Assembly (NCBI RefSeq): GCF_964204645.1
Contig: NC_134025.1
Location: 9,548,001-9,612,000 of the forward strand
Length of the DNA: 64,000 nucleotides
Direction of reading: 5' to 3'
Source: Tubulanus polymorphus
Lineage: Eukaryota > Animalia > Nemertea
Shown here: positions 39,670 to 50,333 of the stretch, piece by piece
How the letters are laid out: every line of letters begins with the position of its first letter
How positions within the stretch are numbered: position 1 is the first letter of the stretch
Notes under the pieces: model-generated
Databases searched by the model: none
Seen by the model: only the letters and a program-made list of their open reading frames with translations
What the model was told of the DNA's origin: nothing
Program-made: the position numbers and the translations under genes

Positions 39670-42151
39670 TCACCTTCGGAATCGTCTGTATCCTAGATAC
39701 AGTCCTACACATAATACAGCAATACCAGTGGCTAGTAATATGACCGATGATGACGACGATGGTTGAGGAGGAGGAGGAGGAATATATGGGCCAGAATGCG
39801 TTTCATCAGTCGTCTCGTCATTATGCGCAATCTTGCCATTTTTCAATGGTGACATTATGCTCTTGCTCAGTGCTGCTGCCTAAATTAAGAGAACAGATTT
39901 CAAGTGGAAATTTGATTGTAATACAAAGAATTCAATGCACATAAAGGTACAGGGAACTTAATCAATACAATCAATACAATAATGGTACTTAACAATGGAC
40001 AAATAATAATAAATGAACAGATTTTTGGCTTAAAACTGGTGATTACTGTGTCCAGCTTTATTAGCTTTATTGACATATTTCATTTCACAATGGAATAGTC
40101 CAGGACCTAGCAAATAGCTGCTAGTCAATTGAATTAATGAGCTACAACAGCGCCCTCATAAAGAACAGATTAAGAGAGGTATTTTAGTACCTACATCACA
40201 AAGGACACTAAATATCTAAACTGAGTGACTCTGCACATAGGCCTATGGTCTTCTTTGATGGTAAATAATGATATGATACGTGATATGATATTAATTTTGG
40301 AATTGGAGTTAAAACTGGCCAATGAAACCAAGATCCAGATGATTTACAAAAAGCATTAAACCGAAATCAATACTGAATAAAATCAAGAAATTATATTATA
40401 GGTCTTGCGTGAAATCGGGAGTAGAATTTCATAATTCTAAAATAGTTGATACATTACCAGTATAGCTGCTTCAGCATTTTGTTTAACTAGTAATTGAACG
40501 GTTTGGCCGGCGGTCAAAAACAAATTCACGGCTTCGCAGTGCGTCACATCCCGTACATCTACACCGTTTACCTAAAAACATTATAAGCGCAACACAATTA
40601 TTTACTCTGAAAAACTGGTTTTCGAACCAAGTCCAACACAAAGCCGAAGAACAGATACCTCTAGAATTTGATCTCCTTCGTTGACAGTGTTATCGACTGC
40701 CGCAGCTCCGTTTTCCCGTATTTTCGTGATGAAAATTCCAGGATCGTCGAGGATGTACGGAGCATCTTTCCCACCTCTGATATTGAACCCTAGGCCTTAT
40801 TAATATAAAACGAAAGCAAGAAATAAAAGATCAAGGTAAAAAAATATAGGAAATTGCAATTGTTTTATTTTCTCTTTTTTTCAATTCATTCCAGAGGGAC
40901 TTGACACAAAAGAATTCGGTAAAAGTGCAGATCCGCACCTCTCGTGATTGACGCAATCTGCTGAATGACAGAATCCAGGCTAAAATCTTTCTAGTGAAGA
41001 TATCTTAAATTAACCAATGGCAATGTAGGCCTAGTGAATTGCTGAATTTTGAATCTGAAACATTGATATCTAATGATGTAATTGATTGAACCGTTTACGC
41101 GGAGAGGTGCGGATCTGCACTTTTACCAAGGATTCCGACCCCAGTATCCTAGGTACTAAGTCTTTTTATATTATAGTACCTAAGATACTGGGGTATGGAA
41201 TACCTCAAGGGCCATACGACTTACGAGTTACGTTTTACGACTTACGAGTTACGTTTTACGATTTACGTTTTACGAGTTACTTATACATTTCCTACAATAC
41301 ATTACGACTTACGTTTTACGAATTACACGTTTTTCACTAATTGGCTTCGGATATCCGAAGCGCGTAATTCAAAGAACGGGTTTCAAAATGAAGTCGAATT
41401 GTCATTTCAAACAGCATAATAAGAGTAATTTATTGTACATAGTGAATCAATCTCGACTGCAGTGGTCTATTACAGGGCAGAAAATCTGCGCGTTGGCCAT
41501 CTGCTCAGCAGACTGCTGTGCGAACCTTCTCAAAATCTATTAAATGCTGACAATACATTTCACACTGACTGATGACTGTCCCGTTACGTGCACGATGATT
41601 TTAATAGACGATATTTCAATATGTAGATCTTAGCTGGAAATGATTTTAATAATTAGAACAAGATTCATCAATATAGAAAAAATGTATTTATTTTTTGAAA
41701 ACACTGGGCCGCATACAGCCATCCATCATCGTTACAGTTATTCGTCTAATAATTACACCCACACAGTGAAATGCCTACCACGTGGCCACTGTCCTTGAAC
41801 TCTTGCGAACCAAAACTCCAACACTTAACTCGTAAATCGTAATTCGTAAAACGTATTTAAGTTGTAATTCGTAACTCATAAAACGGAAGTCGTAACGAAT
41901 ATTCAAGGAAATGTATAAGTAACTCGTAAAACGTAAATCGTAACACGTAACTCGTAAAACGTAACTCGTATGGCCCTTGAGGTATTCCATACTGGGGTCA
42001 AAATCCGTTAGTGTTAAAAGTCCCTGGAACCTGTGTAATCATGGTAATAATAATTATAGTGTGATTCATTCAATTCTAGCGGAGTTCACAATCTCATTGG
42101 CCTACCTTCTTCACCTCGTTCTAGTTTGATATTCACTACGTTTGTTTCCAT
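39670..42151 (-). CDS. SYNJ2BP: Synaptojanin-2-binding protein / OMP25 (PDZ domain + C-terminal tail anchor)
   Basis: Four exons give [64 protein letters not shown]...[24 protein letters not shown]-stop: a single PDZ domain, a TM helix and a basic tail. Confidence 0.92.
40918..41127. mobile_element. MITE, Merlin-like, copy 2
   Basis: Same TIR and body as 33535-33740. TSD aagaattc / aaggattc (8 bp, 1 mismatch). Confidence 0.85.
41194..41991. mobile_element. Non-autonomous DNA transposon (about 800 bp), IS3EU-like (TATGG termini, 6-bp TSD), copy 1
   Basis: TIR TATGGAATACCTCAAGGGCCATACGA, perfect 6-bp TSD CTGGGG, and subterminal 7-bp TTACGAG/TTACGTT arrays. Confidence 0.88.
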
Positions 42152-42290
42152 AGCATAGATGCAGAGGTATTTGCAACTAAAAATAAGCTATAAAACAAAT
42201 TAGGACCCGAGAAGAACAAAAAATTGCCAAAAAATTAATTTTATTCATTGAGGGACGGTCGTCAATCTGGGAGGGCTCGGTTCTACTAAA

Positions 42291-42346
42291 TAGACTGGTT
42301 GCCTGTCGAATTCTGCGCCACCTGCATTTCACCGGCAACCAGTCTA
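42291..42346. repeat. Mini fold-back with TAG...CTA termini
   Basis: TAGACTGGTTGCC ... GGCAACCAGTCTA. A solo arm lies near 42493. The termini resemble Academ-type elements (inference). Confidence 0.55.
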
Positions 42347-43499
42347 TCATACCTACGCCACTTCTACAAACATTATTATGCTAATAAGACATCGATATAG
42401 ACATTTCTTTGAAGAAATGATAATGATCATAAGATACTTTTGTGGTTCGTTTTTTTCACTTATTTTTTTTTCATTTTACGAAATGGTGCGATTAGACTGG
42501 TTGCCGCTCTCTACCTTCAGTTAAGGCGTTTTTATTTAAGCCACAGGGACCTGACAAAAACATTTTTGACCCCAGTATCCTAGGTACTATATATAAAAAA
42601 AACAAGCGAGCCAACTCTCCGTCAGATCGGTCGATAGGTATGTCACTTCAACAGTTCGTTATTGATAATCCAATCCGCTTCAAGTCAAGATTATTCTTAC
42701 CGTACGTATTTTGTGACATTGCAAATTCTGTGACAACAGAATGATACTGATATCTCTAACTTAACTCGAATCACAAATACAAAAGTTTTTACCAGACCTA
42801 AACCCAATCTCAATTCCAATTGCATGCTCGCTCGTGTAGTTATTCATAAATTCCAGCTCTTTAAACCTCATCACTGTATCAGAATCTAGGAGTTTCACCG
42901 TTATTTGGAATCTCATTTCATGACGATTAGTGCTGGATTCGTTTAATCCCTTTGATTCGTGATTGACGATACTTTCTGAAATTAAATCAATATAGATATA
43001 CTAACAATTAAACCTGGATTGACTTTTCAATTCATGTTTCATCCGTTTTTCAAACTTACCATGATACAACGACAATTCGCATTCTGTGCATGTTGAGCTC
43101 ATTTAATTTAATACGTATAACTTCTAATTCTAAAGAAATCCTGAGATGTATCTCAGAAAATCTTCATCAGAACACAATTAATGACCTACAATAGACAATC
43201 AACGGAATATTTGTAAATAAGTATTCATTTACTGTTCACAAGTTTTAAAAGACTGAAGTGGAGTTAGGGAGCAGTTAGTTCGAGCAGAATGCCCTAGGTG
43301 GTGGAGTATTCACACATTTATTGAATGAATTGATGAACATTTTACTCAGTTCTAGTAAATAGTAATTGTCAATATGTGAGTTTAAGGGTTTTATTGCTCA
43401 AGTAACTTTTCATCGATCTTTCATTTTTGTAAAAAAATAGAATAAACATGTTTTCCTGAAGTTATGAGTCATTGATTTTTGTAGCTGTACAGTGATTTT

Positions 43500-43640
43500 G
43501 AGTTCGAACCTGGGATGCCCCTGTTCATCCTCTATTCAGCATCAGGACAACTTGGACACTGGATTTGAACCCGGGACATCCCCGCACATCCTCTATTCAG
43601 CATCAGTACCGCTCTGAGTCAGTTCTCAGTAATTACTTTT
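43500..43640. repeat. Left part of a B-box-containing tandem repeat array, split by the nested insertions
   Basis: Units with TTCGAACC/TTTGAACCCGGGACA...CTCTATTCAGCATCAG, the same as 49312-49668. Confidence 0.75.
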
Positions 43641-43868
43641 GTTAAGATGTCAACATTTTACCGTACGGTGCTGCCTCTATGCTCATCGTTAGCGGGATTT
43701 GTATACACTAACGTTAGTCAACTCTGGCAAGCTAAGGTCACTGAGTATTAAAGGCGAATTTATCGAAACGTACTCAGTTCCGGGTATGGTACCTGCCGAG
43801 TATAGGGTACTCAATTTCGAGTATCCTTCGTGGATAAATGAGTTACCAGCACACAAGCCGTGTCAAAT

Positions 43869-45326
43869 ATGGCCGAAGCGTTGGAGAAAAAGCCAGCCCT
43901 CGTGGTTTTGTTTTCAGATTTACTGAAACCGGTCGACTCGTGTATGTCGTCATTGAGCAATTATGATATGCTTTTGGATAGATCCATTAACGGACAGTCT
44001 AGGACTAGTGGAATACTAAACCACCTACCTAAGCACACAAAACTGAGGAAAATTCCTCGCACATCCGGTTTTGTGGAGGAGACCGTGCCACGGTTTAACA
44101 CGCTTGAGTTCAAGATGCGATTCAGGTAGGATTTCGTTCTTCACAAAAATAGGTTTCCAAAAGTGATATGTGATTTTGATAAAATGATAGTGGTATTTTT
44201 ATTTTTCAGGATGATGCCGACTGCTTTCGAAAAACTGATGGAAGATCTTGGTCCACGGATAAAGAATAAATATGAAAAACCAGATCAGATTATTCGTGTG
44301 GATAAACAAGCGCTAATATTCTTATACTTCGCAGCAACTCAAGTTCCACTCATCAGAGTTGCAGATGCATTTGCAGTATGTGAAGCCACCGTTTTCAACA
44401 TAGTTGGTAGGTAATAGTTATATATAGTCCTCTGTTCATCTTGAGTTCAACCATGCCTATAACAAAATCATATCTAACACCGATCCCAATTAGTCCAAAT
44501 GAGGTTGGAGGTTAGCTCGTCCAGTTTGCTTTATTCCAAAATTTGACCAAAAATATGCATTTTATTTCCAGGGCTCCTTTCACGAATACTTGTCGGAGAG
44601 ATGATGCAAAACTACATCAAATGGCCGACAGGACACCGGATCCAAGAAGTTTGGGATGGTTTCGCAGCTGCTCAAGAATTCCCTAAAGTGATTGGGGCGG
44701 TAGACGGGACACATATCCCTATAAAGACGCCTATCAAAGATCAGGAAATTTACATAAACCGGAAAAAATGTCACAGTATTAACGTTTGCGCAATATGTGA
44801 TCATCAATATATGTTCACGGATATTACTGTCGGATGGCCGGGATCTTGTCACGATTCGCGTGTGTTCAAAAACAGTAACCTTTATAGGGATATTCAAAGT
44901 GATGCTGCAATCAAACATGCCACTTTCCCTGATAATTCGCATTTGTTGGGAGACTCTGCCTATGAGCTGGACACTTTTTTAATGGTTCCATTCAAAGACA
45001 ATGGCCATCTCACCAGAATGCAAAAAGACTTTAATTATAAGTTAAGTTCAACTAGAATGATGATTGAGAACACATTTGGCATTTTGAAAGGCCGTTTCCG
45101 GCGATTGAAGTATATAGACATGCATGATGAACGTCGATTACTCATGTTCATTACAAGCTGCTTTGTGCTTCATAATGTATGCATATTGCTATCTGACGAT
45201 GCTAATGATTATTTGCATGAGGTTCAGTTATTAGCACAAGAGGAAAATCCTGATCAAGTCGGTGGTTTCCTAAATCCCACTGCCGTACAGAAGCGTTATG
45301 CGATAGCAACAATGTTGTCATTGTAA
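43869..45326 (+). CDS. Harbinger DDE transposase (HARBI1-like), about 402 aa
   Basis: Exons 43869-44125, 44210-44406 and 44572-45326 (1209 nt). Motifs GAVDGTHIPI, WPGSCHDSRVF, LLGDSAY and RMMIENTFGILKGRFRRL are intact. Confidence 0.93.
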
Positions 45327-45667
45327 ATATATACCGACTTAAAATAAAGTGTCACATATCAGTATTATCATTTCTTGTCATTTTAATTGCTGTTCGTCCC
45401 AGACTTGTCCAGCCCTTATGACTACAATGCCTGCTGCTTTGGGAATGAAGAGAGATGATTCACTTATGCTTCAGGAATGTTTCAATGTCCTCGGAATGTT
45501 TCAATGTCCTCTTCCGGTACTTTCTTGACGGGTAATGGCATAGACTTATCTGAGGTGACAGTACTTATACCAAGGATATGGAGATCTGAAATCCACTAAC
45601 ATAAGATTTTCAGATGATTCTCAGCATTTTATCATGCATGGATAGGCATTTTCTGTAAATTCATGTA

Positions 45668-45843
45668 CTGTCAACCCCCAATATACCGCCCACGTCAGTG
45701 CAGAACGATTTTGGCGGTATAGAGAGTATGGCAGTATATTGGAGGTGTTTTACTATGTATTTGTATAGAGATGTGCATTGAGAAAACCTGGCGGTAGGCG
45801 GGGGTGGCGGTATATGGGAGGGCAGTATATCGGGGGTTGACTG
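45668..45843. mobile_element. Tc1/pogo(Tigger)-like MITE nested in the Harbinger
   Basis: TA|CTGTCAACCCCCAATATACCGCC ... GGCAGTATATCGGGGGTTGACTG|TA: imperfect TIRs with TA flanks. Confidence 0.72.
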
Positions 45844-46074
45844 TAGTAGGGAAAATACACTTTTTGACAAGGGCCTGTCATCAAATTATGTAACCGTATA
45901 TAATGCATAAAAATGTAAACATAACGTTTTAGATACTTGAAGAATTAAAATTTATTCAGATCAGTACAATTTGAACTGATCCATAGAATTGTCAAACAAA
46001 AATTTAAAACTTAAAAACGTGACTTTACAGTACAACTATGTACGGCTTTTCAAATATTCAGTAATACTATGCAT

Positions 46075-46848
46075 AAACTAGGGGTCCAGGGACACCATGC
46101 CCACTTGGGAAGTGGTTTCAAATGCTCAACAATCTAATTTCAATATTCAACGCCCCCTGGTGACCATATACAAAAACCAATGACCTTGAAACTCACCAAA
46201 ATCATAGAACACGTTATGGGCTACAACTTTCCAATTGATTGTAGTAACACAATATGTTTCGGTATAAATATAATGTGGAAAAACTTTTTTCCACCTACGA
46301 ATAAGTACTGATGAAACCAAGATGGCCGCCAATTGCGTCATAATTGGTTGATCAAAAATAACTGTCTCAGGTATAAAACATCCCTTTCCAAAGAATACCC
46401 ATCACAAATTGCAATGAGAAATGGCAAACCAGTAGAAAGCTACATGACCCAGAATTCCGGCCAAAATTGACATTTTTGGGCACTAAAAAGGTCATAGGAC
46501 GGCCATCTTGAGTCCGATCGACCAAATTTTTCTTATGCTGATGGGGGGGGGGATTCAAATATATCCGAAAGATCAAGGCGTCTTCAAATTTTTCCTCAAA
46601 AACTTAAAAATGTGTAAAAAGGGCCAATTTTGGCGAACAACAATGGCTATCAGTCGACCATCGTGATTCTGAAAGGGCCAGTTTTTGGGCTGAAGATGTG
46701 TCAAGGGTAGATACATGTGTAACCCAAATATCAAGACATAACCTTGAAGCGTCTTCAAAACTTCCCAAAATAACTGGATTCCGTCTACAAACGGACGAAA
46801 AGTGAACGCAATAGCCCGCTGGGACTAAAGTCCCAAGTGGGCTAAAAA
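46075..46848 (-). mobile_element. Helentron-type non-autonomous element (HINE-like) nested in the Harbinger
   Basis: On the minus strand: 5' TTTTAGCCCACTTGGGACTTTAGTCCCAGCGGGCTA hairpin with subTIR GCCCACTTGGGA, and 3' subTIR TCCCAAGTGGGC plus a small hairpin and CTAG|TTT. It carries one ~153-bp core unit and sits in a T-run without a TSD. Confidence 0.82.
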
Positions 46849-47423
46849 TACTACATGTATTGAGACAGATTACCCTTTGCTTAAAATAAAGCACTCGCAG
46901 TTCCATAGATATCCGCCATCTATCACAGTAAACCAAGCTAAGTTCCGAAATCGACTGATCTCAAATTTTTCTTCGCCTAATTAAGAATTACAGCAGTCTA
47001 GCACACAATGACTATGTAACTAAAGTCTCTTTTTGTCTTGGGATAATTTTCTAGGATATATCCGAAAAACTCGATGTTACACTGAAGTAAAGACATTGAC
47101 ATGACCAACTTGGCAAAATGAAACAAAAAATAACGAATTTTTATAGCCACATAATATAAAGCCACAATAGATGTATAGATCTTCAAACTCGATTGATTTC
47201 AGGCTCCGAATTGGATCCAGATCCACAGTTGATTCCGAGTCAAAGTTAATTCATTTTCAACGAGAAAATCGTGTAATTGAGGGTCAAATTCAATTTTGAA
47301 ATACCAGGACTGGTCCAAGTGACAAACTTACTACATGTCGCCTCTATGTTTGTCATCTGATGAAGAGCTTTGGACCCTGAAATCGATCGCGTGGCTTTAA
47401 AAACTCTGCCTTAATTATAGAAA

Positions 47424-49041
47424 TCAAATTTTTTCGAGTAGTTTCTCAAAAACAGATATCTTCTTCCTTTCCACCTCTAACTTCTCGTTCTCCAAAGTCA
47501 TAATCTCTTTATGATTGGCCTGAATAGTTTCCATTAATTTTACTGAGTCCTCTTTACGAGACTCTTCTTGCTTTTCCATCAACTCCATAAATGTATCAGA
47601 TTTTGCACTAGTGGAACCACGGGACTTTCGTAGTTTCTTAGCAGGTGGAAAAGAAATTGGTTCAAATGGGTCAACATCCATCTCGGCATTGCTGGCAGAA
47701 TCCGTGGTGGTACTAGATGACTCCATATTGGTGCTTGCGATAACAAAGTTTGGACGGACATTGGGTTTACAACCGAGATACGCATCCAACTCATCATAGA
47801 ATATACATGTTTTTGGTTCTACACCTGTCTTGTTGTTATGGTCGACAGTTTTTCGGTACTTCTTCATGAGGTTATTCCATTTATTCTTTATCTGATCAGC
47901 CGTGAAATCAAATCCTGCATCTAACATATCATGAGCTATTTGTTTCCATATAGTGGCTTTTTTTATTTTTGGATCAGAGAATTTTTCAGCATAGTCCTTA
48001 TGTAAATCGATGAGTTTTAGAACTGCAGCCCGCGGCATGAAGCTATCATCGCCTGGAATATCAAAAAGCAGTAATATTATAATCAAGGAATTTTCTGAAA
48101 AAGGTTGGGTGTTTAACATAACACCATTAAATTCAGGCTACAACTTACCAGACTGCGAGGACTGCTGTAGGGAGGTCGAGGACTGCTGCAAGGAGGTCGA
48201 GGACCGCTGTAGGGAGGTCGAGGACTGCTGCAAGGTGGTCGAGGACTGCTGTAGGGAGGTCGAGGACTGCTGCACGGAAGTCGAGGACTGCTGCACGGAG
48301 GTTGTGGCTGCAGGGCGTCGTGAAGCTGTCGGCAATTGCTCTCTATAACTTGTCAGTAAAGACTGCAACACGTTCACATCTAGAAAAAGACCATTAACAA
48401 AAAGTGAAGCCAAGTACATGATGATACCTAAAAATGAATAGGGCCTACAACTTTTTCTCCAAAATACAATTTTCAAAACAAAGTAAGTAAACACTTCTCT
48501 GACAAATCATGCCAATACTGACAATGCTTACAGATGAATAGTATGTAGAATACGTTTTTTCTTAGATTCATTTAAACCAAAAGTATTTAATTTGTTGATA
48601 CCTACCACTGGCAATAGCCTTCATGTACGTTTCGTGGTCCAAACTAAATGTAGCCATATCGCCATCTATATTCAATTTTAATCTGCAAAAGTACAAAAAA
48701 TGTAGGGAATCAGGCATCAATGGAATGATTTTGAGCAGTGGCGGCAATATGATTTGACTTCTCACGGTCCAAATATTGCCAAACTCACTGTTCATATTCA
48801 GTTATGCCTCCCCAACAGCACGAGCGAATTAACCCAGACTAATTCATTATTACAGTTTCCATGTTCAAAGTCATTGTACCTAGCTCCTGGATGATTAAGA
48901 CAGGTACTTTGCTATCTATCAACGTTTCTACAAGATAATACTTTCTTCTGTTGCCTTAATAATTTTTTTTTCACGCAGAAAACCACTGAATTTTAGAACT
49001 TACTCATACGAATTCACATGGTCTGCGTTGTTAGCCGCCAT
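47424..49041 (-). CDS. Harbinger Myb/SANT-like (trihelix/MADF-type) DNA-binding protein, about 324 aa
   Basis: Exons 49041-49004, 48682-48606, 48379-48149 and 48052-47424 (975 nt) are in frame. Motif KKATIWKQIAHDM...FTADQIKNKWNNLMKKYRK...FYDELD and a C-terminal coiled coil. Confidence 0.9.
48152..48303 (-). repeat. Coding 21-bp minisatellite (about 7 x TSLQQSS)
   Basis: Repeated GAGGACTGCTG(T/C)A(G/A)GGAGGTC units in exon 3 of the Myb/SANT gene. Confidence 0.9.
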
Positions 49042-49311
49042 TTTGTTCTTCCGGGTATACTCAGGGTTACCATGCTCTTGAGCATGGTAAGGCAAGTATA
49101 GTACTTAAATTTGAGTACACCTTGGATAAATGTGCCGAGTACCATACTCGAAAACGAGTACATTTGTCGATAAATGCGCAGTTGGGGTACTCAGAACTGA
49201 GTACGTTTCGATAAATTCGCCTTAACTGGACAGCACGTCGATTGCCAGAGTTGACTAACGTTAGTGTATGAAAATCCCGCTAACGATGAGCATAGCGGCA
49301 GCACTGTACGG

Positions 49312-49668
49312 TCGGGACACCCCTGTACATCCTTTATTCAGCATCAGGACAACTCTGAATCAGTATCAGTAATTACTGGGTTCGAACCCGGTACACCCCT
49401 GTTCATCCTTTATCCACCGGGACCACTCTGAATCACAGTAATTGATGGTTTGAACCCGGGACATCCCTGTACACCCTCTATTCAGCATCAGGACCGCTCT
49501 GAATCAGTATCAGTAATTACTGGGTTTGAACCCGGGACACCCCTGTTCATCCTTTATCCATCAGGACCACTCTAAATCACAGTAATTGATGGGTTCGAAC
49601 CCGGGACACCCCTGTACATCCTCTATTCAGCATCAGGACCACTCTGAATCAGTATCATTAATTACTGA
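49312..49668. repeat. Tandem array of alternating ~69/74-bp units, each with GGGTTCGAACCC (Pol III B-box-like)
   Basis: The motif occurs at about 49379, 49448, 49522 and 49591, in two alternating unit types. Confidence 0.85.
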
Positions 49669-50226
49669 TTATCATTAAGTTAACTATTCAGGACTCTGCT
49701 TCTGTATATAAAAATCAAACCGATCATCAGTGGGAATATCAAATTAGCGGGTGGTGAAATACCGTCTCAAAATATTGACGAAGGGCACTTAAATTTTAGA
49801 CCGTACAAACAACGTATTGGGCAATACGGTCTGGATCCGCCCCTGATGGCTATAGTGACAATCATAAAGATTGCTAATTTCGTAATTACTCTTCGGCAGC
49901 TCAACACTCGCTTCTAACCGGTCAACAAGTGTTAGTGTGTCTGGGTGGAAGTGGTAAGCTGTGTTGCCAATATTCGATTATCATGTTTTCCGGATATCCT
50001 CGTCTCCGCACAATGTTGGTGGGAATATTGGGTTGAAAAAAGAGGTGGATTGCAAGATAACAAAAACCACTGACTGGTGAACTAACAAAGTTCAGAGTAG
50101 CTAAACAGATAAAGAATTTCAATCATATTTATTCTCATACAGTGTACAACAATTATACAAAATGCCAGGTTTGTGCTCGAGGAATTATAATGTAAACACG
50201 TGGACTGTATTTCAAAAACAATCCAA

Positions 50227-50333
50227 CCATGTACGTATAAACTATAAACTAGAGTTTATACATTCATGGTCCAACCATAGACTCTAAAACAGAAACGTCT
50301 ATGGCCCACAACCATGGACTCTCGAGTCCATGG
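50227..50333. repeat. Cluster of three tiny CCAT...ATGG palindromic elements
   Basis: 50227-50269 (flanked by tccaa/tccaa), 50275-50304 and 50312-50333. Relatives at 10165-10202, 19346-19383 and 20828-20863. Confidence 0.8.

Larger units (their letters stand above)
40891..42027. mobile_element. Small fold-back element hosting two younger MITEs (SYNJ2BP intron 1)
   Basis: With the inserts removed, arms CCAG(A)GGGAC...GACCCCAGTATCCTAGGTACTA and TAGTACCTAAGATACTGGGGTC...GTCCCTGG are inverted repeats. A solo arm lies at 42541-42590. Confidence 0.7.
43752..49222 (+). mobile_element. Autonomous PIF/Harbinger DNA transposon (5471 bp including nested inserts)
   Basis: Perfect 29-bp TIRs AGGCGAATTTATCGAAACGTACTCAGTTC (43752-43780 and 49194-49222), TAA TSD on both sides, and convergent transposase and Myb/SANT genes. 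Confidence 0.96.
43661..49311. mobile_element. Fold-back MITE with ~70-bp TIRs, split by the Harbinger insertion
   Basis: CCGTACGGTGCTGCCTCTATGCTCATCGTTAGCGGGATT...CAACTCTGGCAA (43661-43730) is the inverted counterpart of 49242-49311, with a few mismatches. Confidence 0.8.

Noticed and set aside
41086-41419. ORFs with [13 protein letters not shown] repeats (also 41775-41990, 56105-56479 and 56842-57135)
   Set aside because: Translations of the subterminal 7-bp repeats of the IS3EU-like MITE.
47357-47390. Hammerhead ribozyme core (CTGATGA...GAAA)
   Set aside because: Stem II pairs poorly and I could not build stems I and III. An Infernal search would be needed to rescue it.
48010-48348. Cys-rich ORF (EDCCREV)n resembling a metallothionein
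   Set aside because: It is the antisense reading of the coding minisatellite in the Harbinger Myb/SANT gene.
49312-49668. Functional tRNA gene cluster
   Set aside because: Only the T-loop/B-box is recognisable, with no proper D arm or anticodon arm.
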